Shown here in pieces: positions 45,231 to 54,544 of a DNA stretch of 64,000 nt. Location of the stretch: positions 2,402-66,401 of the forward strand of contig DASXSB010000014.1 in assembly GCA_036506275.1 (NCBI GenBank). The letters are read 5' to 3'. A model generated the notes under the pieces. That model did no database searches. It saw only the letters and a program-made list of their open reading frames with translations, and was not told where the DNA came from. This DNA is from Candidatus Methylomirabilota bacterium. Lineage in GTDB: Bacteria; Methylomirabilota; Methylomirabilia; Rokubacteriales; CSP1-6. A program made the position numbers and the translations under genes. Each line of letters opens with the position of its first letter. The first letter of the stretch is position 1.

Positions 45231-47010
45231 GGGACTGACCGTTCGCGGCGCCGGCGCTCGTCGAGTGCCGCGATGGGTGGAGTGGGCAAGGGTGATCGTC
45301 GCGCTCGCGCTGTTCGCGGGTTCCGCCCAGACGGCGGCACAGCCGCGACCGGCGGCGCCCGGATGGACGGTGATCCGCGACATTCCCTACCCCGGCGCCG
45401 CCAAGGGCGACCGCCGCCGCAGTCTCGATCTCTATCAGCCGTCCGAGCGCGGACAGAAGCCGCCGCTCGTGATCTTCATCCACGGCGGATTCTGGTTGCT
45501 CGACGACGACCACTATCGGATCGGCCCCGCCTTCGCGGAGTCCCTCGCGAAGGAGGGAGTGGCGGTGGCGCTCCTGCGCTATCGGCTGGCGCCGGGCGCC
45601 CGCCATCCCGCGCAGGCGGAGGACGTCGCCGCCGGTGTCGCGCTCCTCGTCCGCCAGGCGGAGCGCTACGGATACGACGGCAAACGCATCTATCTCGCGG
45701 GCCATTCGGCGGGCGGACATCTCGCCGCCCTCGTCGCTCTCGACCCGAGGTACCTGGCCCGGCACCAGGTCACTCCGGCCGCGCTCGCGGGCGTGATCCC
45801 GTTCAGCGGCATCTACGATCTCTCGCTCCGCCCCGGGATCTCCGACAATCAGCGCGAGGCAACGGAGAAAACGTTCGGCAAGGATCCCGGCGTGCTCGAG
45901 CAGGCCTCGCCGCTGCGTCACGTGCGGGCGACGGCGCCGCCGTTCCTGATCCTCGGTGCCCAGAACGACTTCCCCGAGTTCCTTCCCGACATGAAACGTT
46001 TCTCCGACGCCCTCATGCGCGCCGGGCAGCCGTCGGCGGAGCGGTGGATCGTACCGAACGTGGACCATTTCAGCCTCGTCCAGCTCGACGACCGGGACAA
46101 CAGCGTCCGCTTCCTGGTGCTGGACTTCATCAAGGTCACGCCGCTGCCGCCATCGGTCAAGATGTGGGCGGACGCCCGACGGCGCTGGCGCGATCCGCCC
46201 TTCACCACACTACCGTTCTGGCGCCACGCCAATCTCATTCGCCCGTACCCGGTCGATCAGCGCTTCGTGGCCAGCCTCATCGCCGTCTTCGGCGACTCGC
46301 GGCACGAGCTCCTTGAATGGCCGCTGGAACGGTTCCACGCCATCGGCCTCTTCGACTATCTGGCGGCGCTGCCGGCGGCCAAGCTCGGCCGCGGCGACTA
46401 TCTGGTGGTCACCAACGTTCAGAACGAGAAGCGCTTCTGGCGACGGGAAACGATTGCCCCCTACGACCCCGTCCTCGTCGTGGGGCTCGACGACGAGAAG
46501 AACCTCTTCCGGCTCAGCATCTTCTATCGCGGCCAGCGCGAGTATTCGTGGAAGGACGGTCCCATGCCGCCCATGATGGCGCGCCCGCTGGGCGCATTCG
46601 TCCACTTCATGAAGGAGCCGCCCCCTGACGTCGAATTGGAGGCCCGGCACTTCGGACTCACCGACGATTCGTTCCGTCTGGTGGCGAACGATCCTCTCGC
46701 CGCCCTCCGCGACCTTCCCAAGGACGTCTTCGACACCGTCACGGAGCGCAACGCCTGCGTGTACTGCCATAGCTGGCGCGGCGCGGGGACGACCAGCCAC
46801 CACGTGACGGCGGAGACCGGCAGCGCCCACGGTGGGATGGCGCTGCCGCTGGAATCGTATCCGCCCGAAGTATGGAAGGCGTTTCTCTTCGACCACGAGG
46901 CGGTGGTGCGGAAGATCGGGGTCCGGCCCAACCCCGTGGCCGATCCCGCGCGGCAAGCGCTGTACGAGCTGGTGAACGAGTCGCGACGCGTCCAGGAGCG
47001 GAAACGATAG
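45220..47010 (+). CDS. Secreted alpha/beta-hydrolase (esterase/lipase HGG type) with a long C-terminal extension ending in a cytochrome-c-like CxxCH module
   Basis: GTG start with an 11-nt overlap on the TPP gene. Signal peptide. VIFIHGGFW and GHSAGGHL motifs. CVYCH at nt 46756-46770, followed by ..HGGMALPL (candidate axial Met). Confidence 0.8.
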   Translation: MRSRGLTVRGAGARRVPRWVEWARVIVALALFAGSAQTAAQPRPAAPGWTVIRDIPYPGAAKGDRRRSLDLYQPSERGQKPPLVIFIHGGFWLLDDDHYRIGPAFAESLAKEGVAVALLRYRLAPGARHPAQAEDVAAGVALLVRQAERYGYDGKRIYLAGHSAGGHLAALVALDPRYLARHQVTPAALAGVIPFSGIYDLSLRPGISDNQREATEKTFGKDPGVLEQASPLRHVRATAPPFLILGAQNDFPEFLPDMKRFSDALMRAGQPSAERWIVPNVDHFSLVQLDDRDNSVRFLVLDFIKVTPLPPSVKMWADARRRWRDPPFTTLPFWRHANLIRPYPVDQRFVASLIAVFGDSRHELLEWPLERFHAIGLFDYLAALPAAKLGRGDYLVVTNVQNEKRFWRRETIAPYDPVLVVGLDDEKNLFRLSIFYRGQREYSWKDGPMPPMMARPLGAFVHFMKEPPPDVELEARHFGLTDDSFRLVANDPLAALRDLPKDVFDTVTERNACVYCHSWRGAGTTSHHVTAETGSAHGGMALPLESYPPEVWKAFLFDHEAVVRKIGVRPNPVADPARQALYELVNESRRVQERKR

Positions 47011-47014
47011 CCCC

Positions 47015-48190
47015 ATGACCGCTCACGGGTTCTGGCTCTTCGACACCGCCATCGGCCGCTGCGGCATCGCGTGGGGCGCGCACGGCGTCGCCGGCGTGCA
47101 GCTTCCGGAGGCGCGCGAAGCGGCCACCCGCGCGCGCGTGACCGAGCGCTTTCCGGACGCCACGGAAGGGACGCCGCCCCCCGCCGTGCAGCGCGCCGTC
47201 GATGGTATCGTCGCCCTCCTTCGCGGCGAGTCGAGCCAGCTCGACGACGTCGTCCTCGACATGGACGGCGTGCCGCCGTTCCACCGCCGCGTCTACGAGG
47301 TCGCGCGGACGATCCCGCCCGGCGCCACGCTCTCGTACGGCGACGTGGCGGCGCGGATGGGCGCGGCCGGCGCCGCGCGCGCGGTGGGACAGGCGCTGGG
47401 CCGCAATCCATTTGCGATCGTGGTGCCGTGCCACCGCGTGCTCGCCGCCGGCGGCAAGGTCGGCGGCTTCTCCGCGAACGGCGGGCTCCGCACCAAGCTC
47501 CGGCTCCTCGCCATCGAAGGCGCGCGTGCGCGCGGCGACGGGGCGGGCGGGGACAAGGGGTTCGCGTTCGATCCCGCCGTCGCCGTCGCGCACCTGCGCA
47601 CGGCCGATCCCGCCTTCGCGCGCGTCATCGAGGCCGTGGGGCCGTTTCGCATGCACATCAGACCGACGCCGAGCCTCTTCGCCGCCCTCGCGGAGGCGAT
47701 CGTCTACCAACAGCTCAACGGGATCGCGGCGGGGACGATCTTCGCGCGCGTGTGCGCGCTCTTCCCGCGCGCGCACGAGGGCCTCACACCTGCCCACATC
47801 CTGCGCGCCTCCGACGCCCGCTTGCGGGGCGCCGGCCTCTCGCGGTCGAAGCTCCTCTCCCTCCGCGACCTCGCGCGCCGCGCGAGCGCGGGCGAGATCC
47901 CCACCCTCGCCGAGGTCCACGGCATGGACGACGAGGCGATCATCGAGCGCCTCACGCACGTGCGCGGGATCGGACGGTGGACGGTGGAGATGCTGCTCAT
48001 GTTCCGTCTCGGCCGCGCCGACGTGCTGCCCGCGGACGACTACGGCATCCGGAAGGGGTTTTCGATCGCGTTCAAGAAACGCGAGCTGCCGTCACGCCGG
48101 GACCTCGAGAAGCGCGGCGCCCGGTGGAAGCCGTACCGCACGGTGGCGAGCTGGTATCTGTGGCGGGCGGTGGAGCTGGCCCCGCGATAG
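47015..48190 (+). CDS. Bifunctional methylated-DNA-protein-cysteine methyltransferase (Ogt) / DNA-3-methyladenine glycosylase II (AlkA, HhH-GPD) fusion
   Basis: The N-half has YGDVA..NPFAIVVPCHRVL (PCHR active site). The C-half has the HhH-GPD motif VRGIGRWTVEMLLMF..LPADDYGIRKG. Confidence 0.9.
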   Translation: MTAHGFWLFDTAIGRCGIAWGAHGVAGVQLPEAREAATRARVTERFPDATEGTPPPAVQRAVDGIVALLRGESSQLDDVVLDMDGVPPFHRRVYEVARTIPPGATLSYGDVAARMGAAGAARAVGQALGRNPFAIVVPCHRVLAAGGKVGGFSANGGLRTKLRLLAIEGARARGDGAGGDKGFAFDPAVAVAHLRTADPAFARVIEAVGPFRMHIRPTPSLFAALAEAIVYQQLNGIAAGTIFARVCALFPRAHEGLTPAHILRASDARLRGAGLSRSKLLSLRDLARRASAGEIPTLAEVHGMDDEAIIERLTHVRGIGRWTVEMLLMFRLGRADVLPADDYGIRKGFSIAFKKRELPSRRDLEKRGARWKPYRTVASWYLWRAVELAPR

Positions 48191-48203
48191 CTCGCGCGGG
48201 AGC

Positions 48204-49739
48204 TCAGCGCCCGGGCTTGAGCTTCAGGTCCTCGTAGGGCGCGGAATACGAAAAACCCTTGATGTGATCGACGGCCGCCTCTTCCACTCGCGGCCCGATG
48301 CCCCACAGGAAGGCGAGCTCGTAGATCGGCACGTGCATCACCCGATCGTGCATGATCTGCTGGATCTGGTAGAGCATGGCCTCGCGCTTCTTCCGATCGA
48401 GCTCGCGGGCCTGGCGCTCGTAGAGATCCTCGATTTCCGGCACCACGCCCGACGAATAGATCCCGTTCTTGGTGACGTAGACCTCGATGCGCGTGGCCGC
48501 GTTCCCGGCGGGAGCGCCGAGACCCATGATGACGCCCTTGAGCTTGTGCTCGCGCCAGGCCGTGAGGAACGTGGCGCGCTCCATCGTGCGCATGCGCGTG
48601 CGGATGCCCACCGACTGGAGATAGTTCCCGATCGCCTCCGCGAGCGAGAAGAACGGCGGAAACGGCGTGAGGTCGCCGGCGTCGAAGCCGGACGGGTATC
48701 CGGCCTCGGCCAGGAGCTTCCGGGCCTGCGCGGGATCGTAGGCGGGCGGCTCGTACGCCCGCGCGAAGTCGAGCGTCCGCGGCACGAGGCCGCCGGTGGG
48801 GCGCGACATCCCGAGCGTCTCCGCCTGGTTGAGCCCGTTGCGGTCGAGCGCGTAGCTGGCCGCGAGGCGAACGCGGCGGTCGTGCCATGGCGACTTCGGA
48901 TCCCACTGCTCGGGCAGATCGAGGAAGACGACGCCGGGAGGCTTGGCGGCGGCGAGGCGCAATCCCGGTGTGCGCTTGATGTCCTCTGCCGTGGGCCCGC
49001 TCAGTAGATAGACGATGTCGACGTCGCCCGACTTGAGAGCGGCGGCGCGCGTGGTCTCGTCGGGCATGCTGCGAAAGACCAGTCGCTTCACGGACGGGAT
49101 CTTGCGCCAGTAGCCGTCGAAGGCCTCCATCACCAGCTCGACGCCCGGGTTGAAGCTAACCACCCGGTACGGGCCCGCGCCCACCGGCGCCTTCTTGAAG
49201 CCGTCGTCACCGACCTTCTCGACGTACTTCTTGGGCACGATCCAGGCGGCGCCGGTGGCGGAGGTGCCGTAGAAGGTCATGAAGTCCGGCCACGGCTCCT
49301 TCAACTGGAAGCTGACGCGGCCGGGCGCGACGACGGAGACCTCGCGCACCTTGTCCTTGAGGAGTTTGGCGGCGGCGCCCTTGTAGCGGTCGAAGGAGAA
49401 CTTCACGTCTTCGGCCGTCACCGGATCGCCGTTGTGAAACTTCACGCCCTTCCGGAGGACGAACTCGTACGTGAGGCTGTCCTTCGACACCGTCCACGAC
49501 TCCGCCAGGCTCGGCGTGTTGTCCCCCGCCGGCATCGGCTTCACGAGCGCGTCGTGGATGGCGTACAGGACCATGAACGGATTGATGAAGGCCTCGGTGT
49601 CGCTGGGATCGAGCCAGCGCGCGGCGAGGGTGACGTGGAGTCCCCACGTGAGCGTTCCCTCGGGTGCGGCCACCGCCGATCCGGAGAGCACCGCGAGCAA
49701 GATCAGGACGCCGAGCGCGTAGCGCAGGGAATTCGCCAT
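48204..49739 (-). CDS. ABC transporter substrate-binding protein, family 5 (peptide/nickel/opine type)
   Basis: Start at ATG 49739; 511 aa. Signal peptide MANSLRYALGVLILLAVLSGSAVAAP. The rest of the 844-aa track ORF is a shadow frame. Confidence 0.9.
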   Translation of the reverse strand: MANSLRYALGVLILLAVLSGSAVAAPEGTLTWGLHVTLAARWLDPSDTEAFINPFMVLYAIHDALVKPMPAGDNTPSLAESWTVSKDSLTYEFVLRKGVKFHNGDPVTAEDVKFSFDRYKGAAAKLLKDKVREVSVVAPGRVSFQLKEPWPDFMTFYGTSATGAAWIVPKKYVEKVGDDGFKKAPVGAGPYRVVSFNPGVELVMEAFDGYWRKIPSVKRLVFRSMPDETTRAAALKSGDVDIVYLLSGPTAEDIKRTPGLRLAAAKPPGVVFLDLPEQWDPKSPWHDRRVRLAASYALDRNGLNQAETLGMSRPTGGLVPRTLDFARAYEPPAYDPAQARKLLAEAGYPSGFDAGDLTPFPPFFSLAEAIGNYLQSVGIRTRMRTMERATFLTAWREHKLKGVIMGLGAPAGNAATRIEVYVTKNGIYSSGVVPEIEDLYERQARELDRKKREAMLYQIQQIMHDRVMHVPIYELAFLWGIGPRVEEAAVDHIKGFSYSAPYEDLKLKPGR

Positions 49740-49768
49740 GGCCGCGCTAGGGTAACACCGCCCCTGCC

Positions 49769-49798
49769 TTGACAAGCAGCGACGAATGACGGTAGGGT
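49769..49798 (+). promoter_or_regulatory. Sigma-70-like promoter TTGACA-N18-TAGGGT facing the liv-like operon
   Basis: TTGACA at 49769-49774 and TAGGGT at 49793-49798, about 140 nt upstream of the livG-like ATG. Sequence match only. Confidence 0.35.
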
Positions 49799-49937
49799 GC
49801 GCCCCACTCGCGCACCCGGTCGTCCGACCCTCGAGGGAAATCACATGACCCGGAGTAGGGTTGAGGACAATCTTGCGACGCCCCCTCTGGTCCTCGTGGC
49901 CGGCGGGGGCGTTCGCGCGTGTGCCGCCTGAGCGGCG

Positions 49938-50708
49938 ATGCTCACCCTGGACGCGCTCCACCTGAGCTTCGGGGGCGTGGCCGCCCTCGCCGGCGTGAGC
50001 CTCCACGTCGACGCGGGCGACTTCTTCGCCATCATCGGTCCCAACGGCGCCGGCAAGACGAGCGTCTTCAACTGCATCAGCGGAATCTACGCCCCCACCC
50101 GCGGGCGCATCCTGTTCGAGGGCAAGGACATCACCGCCCTCAAGCCGCACCAGCGCGCTCAGCTCCGCATCGCGCGCACGTTCCAGAACATCGCGCTCTT
50201 CCGCGGCATGACGGTGCTCGACAACGTCAAGATCGGCCGTCACGTTCACCTCCGATCGGGCGTGCTCGCCTGCGGCGTCTACTATGGTCGCGCCGCGCGT
50301 GAGGAGCGGCTCCATCGCGCCGCCATCGAGCGCGAGATCATCGACCTTCTCGAGCTCCAGGACATCCGTCACCAGATCGTCGGCACGCTGCCCTACGGGT
50401 TGCAGAAGCGGGTGGAGCTCGCGCGCGCGCTCGCCCTCGACCCCGTCCTCCTCCTTCTCGACGAGCCCACGGCCGGCATGAACGCCGAGGAGACGGAGGA
50501 CATGGTGCGGTTCATCCTCTACGTCAAGCAGGTGAAGCGTCTCACGGTGGTGATGATCGAGCACGACATGGGCGTGGTGATGGACATCTCGGATCGCGTG
50601 GCCGTGCTCGATTTCGGTCAGAAGATCGCAGAGGGGGCGCCCGCCTTCGTGCAGCGGGATCCCGTCGTGATCAAGGCTTACCTCGGCGAGGATTTCCAGG
50701 TCGCGTGA
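49938..50708 (+). CDS. livG: Branched-chain-amino-acid-type ABC transporter ATP-binding protein (LivG-like)
   Basis: Walker A GPNGAGKTS, LivG-type insert, signature/Walker B LLLLDEPTAGMN. Confidence 0.92.
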   Translation: MLTLDALHLSFGGVAALAGVSLHVDAGDFFAIIGPNGAGKTSVFNCISGIYAPTRGRILFEGKDITALKPHQRAQLRIARTFQNIALFRGMTVLDNVKIGRHVHLRSGVLACGVYYGRAAREERLHRAAIEREIIDLLELQDIRHQIVGTLPYGLQKRVELARALALDPVLLLLDEPTAGMNAEETEDMVRFILYVKQVKRLTVVMIEHDMGVVMDISDRVAVLDFGQKIAEGAPAFVQRDPVVIKAYLGEDFQVA

Positions 50709-52564
50709 GGGGCGACGTGGACACGGCCACGCTGCCACGCTTGCTCGCCGCCCAGGCGCTCCGCCTCGGCCGCCGTCAGGCCGCGCTGCGCGAGAAGAAG
50801 TACGGCATCTGGCAGGAGGTGACCTGGGAGGAATACGCGGCCTGCGTGCGAGCGGTGTGTCTCGGTCTGGCCGCCCTCGGGCTCGAGCGCGGCGAGAAGG
50901 TGGCGCTGATCTCCGGCAACCGACCCGCGTGGCCGTACGTGGAGCTGGCGGCGCAGTCGCTGGGAGCGATTCCGCTCGGAATCTTCGTGGACGCGCTCCC
51001 CGAGCAGGTGCGGGCCGTCCTCGAGCACAGCGAGGCGCGCATCGTGCTGGTCGAGGACCAGGAGCAGGCCGACAAGGTGCTGAGCGTGCGCGACGCCGTG
51101 CCGCGCCTGCGATGGATCGTCGTGGACGACATGCGGGGCCTGGAGACGTATCGGGACCCGATGCTCGTGAGCCTGGCGGAGGTGACGGCGCGCGGGCGCG
51201 AAGAGGAACGGCGCGCGCCGAACCGCTACGACACCATGCTCGCGGACGGGGCCGGGACCGACGTGGCGCTCCTCGCGTACACCTCCGGTACCACCGGCGC
51301 CTCCAAAGCCGCCATGGTGAGTCATCGCAACCTCCTCGCGATGGCGACAGGCGTCGCGCAGGTCGATCCCGTCCGCGAGGGTGATCAGATCGTTTCCTTC
51401 CTGCCCTTCGCGTGGGTGGGCGAGCAGCTCATCAGCGTCGCCATCGCCCTCCACGTGGGCGCCACCGTGAACTTCGCCGAGAAGCCGGAGACGACGCGCG
51501 AGGACTTGCGCGAGATCGGCCCCCACGTCGTGATCGCGCCCCCGCGCTTCTGGGAGACGATGTGCTCGGAGTACCAGGTGAGGATCGCCGGCGCCGGCTG
51601 GCTCAAACGCCGGGCGGCCCGCCTCGCCTTTGCACTCGGTACGCGCGCGCTCGCGGGTGACGCGCAGGCCGGCCGGCGACAGTGGAACACCCGCGTGCTC
51701 CGCGGCCTCGCCCGACTCCTCGCGTTCCGGAGCTTGCACGACAAGTTCGGGCTCTCGCGCATTCGCTACGCGTACACGGGCGGGGCGCCGCTCGGTCCGG
51801 AGATCTTCCGCTTCTTCCGTGCCACCGGCCTCAACTTGAAGCAGGTCTACGGTCAGACGGAGACGGCCGGCATCTGCGTGCTCCACCCGGACGACGACGT
51901 GCGGGCGGAGACGGTGGGGAAGCCGGCGCCGGGGACGCGGGTGCGCGTCGCCGAGACGGGCGAGATCCTCGTCGCCGGCGACAGCGTGTTCCTCGGCTAC
52001 TACAAGGACCCCGCCGCCACCGCGCGTGCCCTCGACGACGGTTGGTTGCACACGGGCGACGCCGGCACCCTCGACGCTCGTGGCCATCTCGTCATGATCG
52101 ATCGGCTCCAGGACGTGCTGCGCCTGGCCGACGGCTCGCGCTTCTCGGCGGCGTTGATCGAAAACAAGCTCAAGTTCAGCCCCTACGTGCGGGAGGCGGT
52201 GGTGATCGGCGCCGATCGCCCGTACGTGGTCGCCCTCATCCAGATCGACATCGACAACGTGGGAAGCTGGGCGGAGGCGAGTCGACTGCCCTTCACCACC
52301 TTCCAGGATCTCTCGCACAAGACGGAGGTCACGGCGCTGGTGGAGGCGGTGGTCACGCGCGTGAACGGCGAGCTGCCCGCGCCCGCCCGCATCGTACGCT
52401 TCGCGCTGTTCGACAAGGAGCTCCACGCCGACGACGGCGAGCTCACCCGCACCCAGAAGGTCCGGCGCGGCGCCATCCAGGACAAGTACCGGGACATGAT
52501 CACCGCCCTCTACGCGTCCACGGAGGTGCCGGCGCCGCCGCTGGCGGCGGGAGGCGTGCGGTGA
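50705..52564 (+). CDS. AMP-dependent synthetase/ligase (long-chain acyl-CoA ligase-like)
   Basis: GTGA overlap with livG. AMP-binding motif LAYTSGTTGASKAAMVSHRN; YGQTE; GWLHTGDAG. Confidence 0.9.
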   Translation: MRGDVDTATLPRLLAAQALRLGRRQAALREKKYGIWQEVTWEEYAACVRAVCLGLAALGLERGEKVALISGNRPAWPYVELAAQSLGAIPLGIFVDALPEQVRAVLEHSEARIVLVEDQEQADKVLSVRDAVPRLRWIVVDDMRGLETYRDPMLVSLAEVTARGREEERRAPNRYDTMLADGAGTDVALLAYTSGTTGASKAAMVSHRNLLAMATGVAQVDPVREGDQIVSFLPFAWVGEQLISVAIALHVGATVNFAEKPETTREDLREIGPHVVIAPPRFWETMCSEYQVRIAGAGWLKRRAARLAFALGTRALAGDAQAGRRQWNTRVLRGLARLLAFRSLHDKFGLSRIRYAYTGGAPLGPEIFRFFRATGLNLKQVYGQTETAGICVLHPDDDVRAETVGKPAPGTRVRVAETGEILVAGDSVFLGYYKDPAATARALDDGWLHTGDAGTLDARGHLVMIDRLQDVLRLADGSRFSAALIENKLKFSPYVREAVVIGADRPYVVALIQIDIDNVGSWAEASRLPFTTFQDLSHKTEVTALVEAVVTRVNGELPAPARIVRFALFDKELHADDGELTRTQKVRRGAIQDKYRDMITALYASTEVPAPPLAAGGVR

Positions 52565-53460
52565 GCGAGCATGTGGTGTTCATGCTCCAGCTCATCATCA
52601 GCGGCATCGCCGTCGGCGGCGTGTACTCGCTGATGGCGCTCGGCTTCGTGCTGATCTTCAAGGCGTCGAGCGTCGTCAACTTCGGGCCGGGCGAGCTGGT
52701 GCTGTTCGGGGCCTACGTGTCGTGGGCGACGATCCTCCAGATGAAGCTCCCGCTCCTCCTCGCGTTTCCCCTCACGCTCGCGGTCGCCGTCCTCCTCGGC
52801 CTCGTCATCGAGCGGGGAGTGCTCCGGCCGCTCATCGGAGAGCCGATCATCTCGGTGATCATGGTGACGTTCGGCTTCGCGAGCGTCATCCGCGGATTCC
52901 TGAACATGACGTGGGGGAGCGACACGCGCCCGTTCCCGGTGCTCTTCTCGCAGGAGCCGTTCCGGCTGGGAGCGGTGGCGGTGTCACCCGTGCATCTCTG
53001 GAGCTTCGTCGGCGTCATGCTCCTGCTCGGCGGCTTCTCGCTGTTCTTCCGGTGGTCGCTGACGGGCATGGCCATGCGCGCCACCGCCGACAACCAGCAG
53101 GTGGCGCAGTCGCTCGGGGTGAGCGTCAAGTGGATCTTCGCGCTCTCCTGGTGCATCGCCACCGGCGTCTCGACGCTGGGAGGGATCATCCTCGGCAGCG
53201 TGCGCGGGGGCGTGGACTTCTCCCTCGCCGAGCTCGGGCTGAAGGTGTTCCCGGTGGTGATCCTGGGCGGCCTCGACAGCGTGGCGGGCGCCATCATCGG
53301 CGGTGTCCTCATCGGCGTCCTCGAGAATCTCTCCGGCGGCTACCTGGACCCGATCATGGGCGGCGGCGTCAAGGAGGTGGCGCCGTTCGTGGCGCTGGTG
53401 GTGATCCTGATGCTGCGGCCCCACGGGTTCTTCGGCAAGGCCGAGATCGAGCGCGTCTGA
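52561..53460 (+). CDS. livH: Branched-chain-type ABC transporter permease (LivH-like)
   Basis: GTG start overlaps the upstream stop. LIISGIAVGGVYSLMALGFVLIF. The track ORF is extended upstream in a shadow frame. Confidence 0.92.
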   Translation: MSEHVVFMLQLIISGIAVGGVYSLMALGFVLIFKASSVVNFGPGELVLFGAYVSWATILQMKLPLLLAFPLTLAVAVLLGLVIERGVLRPLIGEPIISVIMVTFGFASVIRGFLNMTWGSDTRPFPVLFSQEPFRLGAVAVSPVHLWSFVGVMLLLGGFSLFFRWSLTGMAMRATADNQQVAQSLGVSVKWIFALSWCIATGVSTLGGIILGSVRGGVDFSLAELGLKVFPVVILGGLDSVAGAIIGGVLIGVLENLSGGYLDPIMGGGVKEVAPFVALVVILMLRPHGFFGKAEIERV

Positions 53461-53472
53461 GGGAGCGACGGG

Positions 53473-54516
53473 ATGAAGTGCGGCGGGTTCCGGGTCAGCT
53501 ACGAGAGCGACGAGCGGATGTTCGACACCCGGCTGCCCGTGATCGCGCTCGTGATCTTCCTCGTCGTGCTCGCCTTCGTGCCGCGGTTCGCCGGCACGTA
53601 CTGGCTCGACGTGCTGAACCGCATCGGCATCGCGGTCATCGGCGCCCTCGGCCTCAACATCCTGGTCGGGTTCACGGGGCAGATCTCCATCGGTCACGCC
53701 GCCTTCCTCGCCGTCGGCGCCTATGGCACTGCCATCCTCGAGACCAACGCGGGGTTGCCGTTCTACGTGGCCATTCCGCTCGCCGCCCTTCTCACCTCGG
53801 CGTTCGGTCTCGTCTTCGGCATCCCGTCCCTCCGGCTGAAGGGCCTCTACCTGGCCATTGCCACCCTCGCCGCCCACTTCATCACCACGTACGGGATCAT
53901 CCACTGGGAGAGCATGACCAAGGGCGTGCTCGGTCTCATGGTGCCGCCCGCCACCCTCTTCGGACGCCCCCTCGACTCCGACGCGCGCATCTTCTACGTG
54001 ATCTTCGCGCTCGCGGTGCCCGCCGTGCTCTTCACGAAGAACCTCTTTCGCACCAAGGTGGGCCGCGCCTTCATCGCCATTCGCGACCGCGACGTCGCCG
54101 CCAGCGTGATGGGCGTGAGCCTCTACCGCTACAAGCTCCTCGCCTTCGTGATCAGCTCCTTCTACGCGGGGGTGGCGGGCGGCCTCATGGCGCACCACTC
54201 GCGCATCCTCTTTCCGGACGCCTTCACGCTGCTCGTGGCCATCGACTATCTCGCGATGATCATCATCGGCGGCATGGGCAGCATCCTGGGATCGGTCTTC
54301 GGCGCCGTCTTCATGACGCTGCTGCCCGAAGTGCTGAAGCTGACGGCGACGTCGCTCACCGGAATCTATCCGCAGGCGTTCGGCGCCATCGCCTCCGCCC
54401 GCGACATCGTCTTCGGTCTCGCCGTCATTCTCTTCCTCACGTTCGAGCCGCAGGGGCTCGCGCGCATCTGGGTACGGATGCGCAGCTACTGGACGCTGTG
54501 GCCCTATTCCTACTGA
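53473..54516 (+). CDS. livM: Branched-chain-type ABC transporter permease (LivM-like)
   Basis: 347 aa, multi-TM; GLNILVGFTGQISIGHAAFLAVGAY. Confidence 0.92.
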   Translation: MKCGGFRVSYESDERMFDTRLPVIALVIFLVVLAFVPRFAGTYWLDVLNRIGIAVIGALGLNILVGFTGQISIGHAAFLAVGAYGTAILETNAGLPFYVAIPLAALLTSAFGLVFGIPSLRLKGLYLAIATLAAHFITTYGIIHWESMTKGVLGLMVPPATLFGRPLDSDARIFYVIFALAVPAVLFTKNLFRTKVGRAFIAIRDRDVAASVMGVSLYRYKLLAFVISSFYAGVAGGLMAHHSRILFPDAFTLLVAIDYLAMIIIGGMGSILGSVFGAVFMTLLPEVLKLTATSLTGIYPQAFGAIASARDIVFGLAVILFLTFEPQGLARIWVRMRSYWTLWPYSY

Positions 54517-54544
54517 CAACGTCACCTCTCGACAGGAGGTCGCC

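Noticed and set aside
45986-46000. GAAAC-GTTTC palindrome without a spacer inside the hydrolase gene (catgaaacgtttctcc), and other isolated GAAAC/GTTTC pentamers in coding regions
   Set aside because: They lack the N4 spacing, the TTGACA box and the third half-site. They lie in coding sequence (..DMKRFSD..), so chance occurrence is sufficient.
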